From Octopus sinensis (taxonomy: Eukaryota): a stretch of DNA of 64,000 nucleotides. A program made the translations under genes and the position numbers. The stretch spans positions 70,060,001 through 70,124,000 of the forward strand of contig NC_043008.1 in the NCBI RefSeq assembly GCF_006345805.1, read 5' to 3'. The stretch's first letter is position 1. Each line of letters starts with the position of its first letter. Positions 62,617 through 64,000 of the stretch are shown piece by piece. The notes below the pieces were generated by a model. The model made no database searches. It was not told the origin of the DNA and was given only the letters and a program-made list of their open reading frames with translations.

Positions 62617-64000
62617 GTGAGTATTTTGTTTGCATTCTAAGTTTTCCTTCTTTTAAACAATCAACATCTCTTTCTCTTTTACAATGAATAGTTGAAATGT
62701 TATATTTCTTTCTTTCTCTTTTTTCCTTTCTGTCTGTCTTTCTTTCTTTCTTTCTTTCTTCTTCTTCTTTTTCTCATTTTTCTTCTTCTTCTTCTTCTTC
62801 TAAACATTTTCATACATATAAACACACACACACACACTCTCTCTCCTTACTTTCCCTCTTGCTCTACCTTCCCTGCACACTCTGTCTCAAGTGTTCTCTC
62901 TCTCAAACACACACTCACTCACTCACTCTATCTTGTGCATATGCATACACACTCACTCTCTACATACACACACACTTGCTTGTACACATGCAATTCTCAA
63001 AGAATGGTAAAAATTCTTCCTTTCCTGCTGCTCCATTAGTAGATTATTTAAAGGGAAGTTATCTTTTATCATTTTCCCTTACCAACTCCACACCTGAACA
63101 CTCATACACATGCACAAACATACCTACAATTACAGGCAAACACACACATGAAATCAATGCCGTTTATTTTAACCAGAACCACACAAAAATCTTAAATCTA
63201 TGATTCCAAAAACAAAACCATATTCAACGTAAGACAAGGAATTTTTACATTTTCGTAAATGAATTTCGAATTCCATTTGAAGGGGCATTTTAATAAAATT
63301 AGAATTTTCTGGTATTTTTGCTTTAGAAATTTCAATTAGAGAAATAGAAATTATGTTATAGAAGAATGTTCCGGAGTAATATGAAGAATGGTTCACTCAT
63401 TTTAGAGGGGGGCGGTGGTTGATGATGATAACCTGCAATTAATTAGAAAGTGGGCTCTTCCTATATTTTTGGAGATTCCGGTTCCATTTTGATGTTTATT
63501 TTTGATAATCACAGGAGATTGTTATACCTTCAAATAGTATGTGTAGCTGTGTGTATGTGTGTGGGTGCGTGCGTGGGTGCGTGCGTGGGTGCGTGCACCC
63601 GACTGTCTGTTTCATTCTTTCAGTCTCTCTCTCTCTGTATGTGTGTGTCTGATGATTGTAGCAGTCCACAAATAAGAAAAAAATTCTATGTTAAAAACAG
63701 GGTAACAAATAATTAGATTTATTCATATTTTACAAAATAGCCACACTGTTTCAGCAAAGCAAATATTCCCAAGCTTTATCAGAAAATATATATAGTCTAA
63801 ACCATGGCAGCATGGAAAACAGACGTTAAATAATGATATATATATATATATATATACAAAATGGATTCTCCTGTTGGAGACGATGTATAAGTGTTCAGCT
63901 TTTACCAAACGACCTACACAAATGATTTTGTTTTTGATGATCAAATGTATGTGTGGTATATTATCTCACATGCTCCATCAAATCTCTGTTGCCTAAACAG

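Noticed and set aside
63960-64000. Possible splice acceptor (..ctctgttgcctaaacag) for the next Ig exon
   Set aside because: The window ends at the AG, so no downstream coding sequence can be checked.

Overview
AT-rich eukaryotic DNA packed with (TA)n/(CA)n/(CAT)n/(AAT)n microsatellites and interspersed repeats. The SINE families look like those of octopus genomes (recognition from memory, not a search). Almost all listed ORFs are microsatellite artefacts or transposon debris. One convincing host exon was found at 62492-62616 (+), encoding the N-terminal half of an Ig domain of a Dpr/zig-8/lachesin-like surface protein, so most of the window is probably intron or upstream DNA. Mobile-element relics include a hAT transposase, a full-length decayed mariner, a maT/DD37D-like relic, an internally deleted piggyBac plus related MITEs, RTE, CR1 and RLE-type LINE pieces, Penelope-like elements (RT and GIY-YIG), Helentron/Helitron-type non-autonomous elements and three SINE families. 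There is also a near-perfect 2.14 kb tandem duplication. The most interesting signal is a set of type I hammerhead ribozyme motifs read by eye: five well-formed and three decayed, from several sequence-distinct repeat families. Most lie in or next to inverted repeats, several have non-canonical cores, and one decayed copy is joined to a tRNA-derived head. Repeat boundaries are approximate, and no folding or database search was run.
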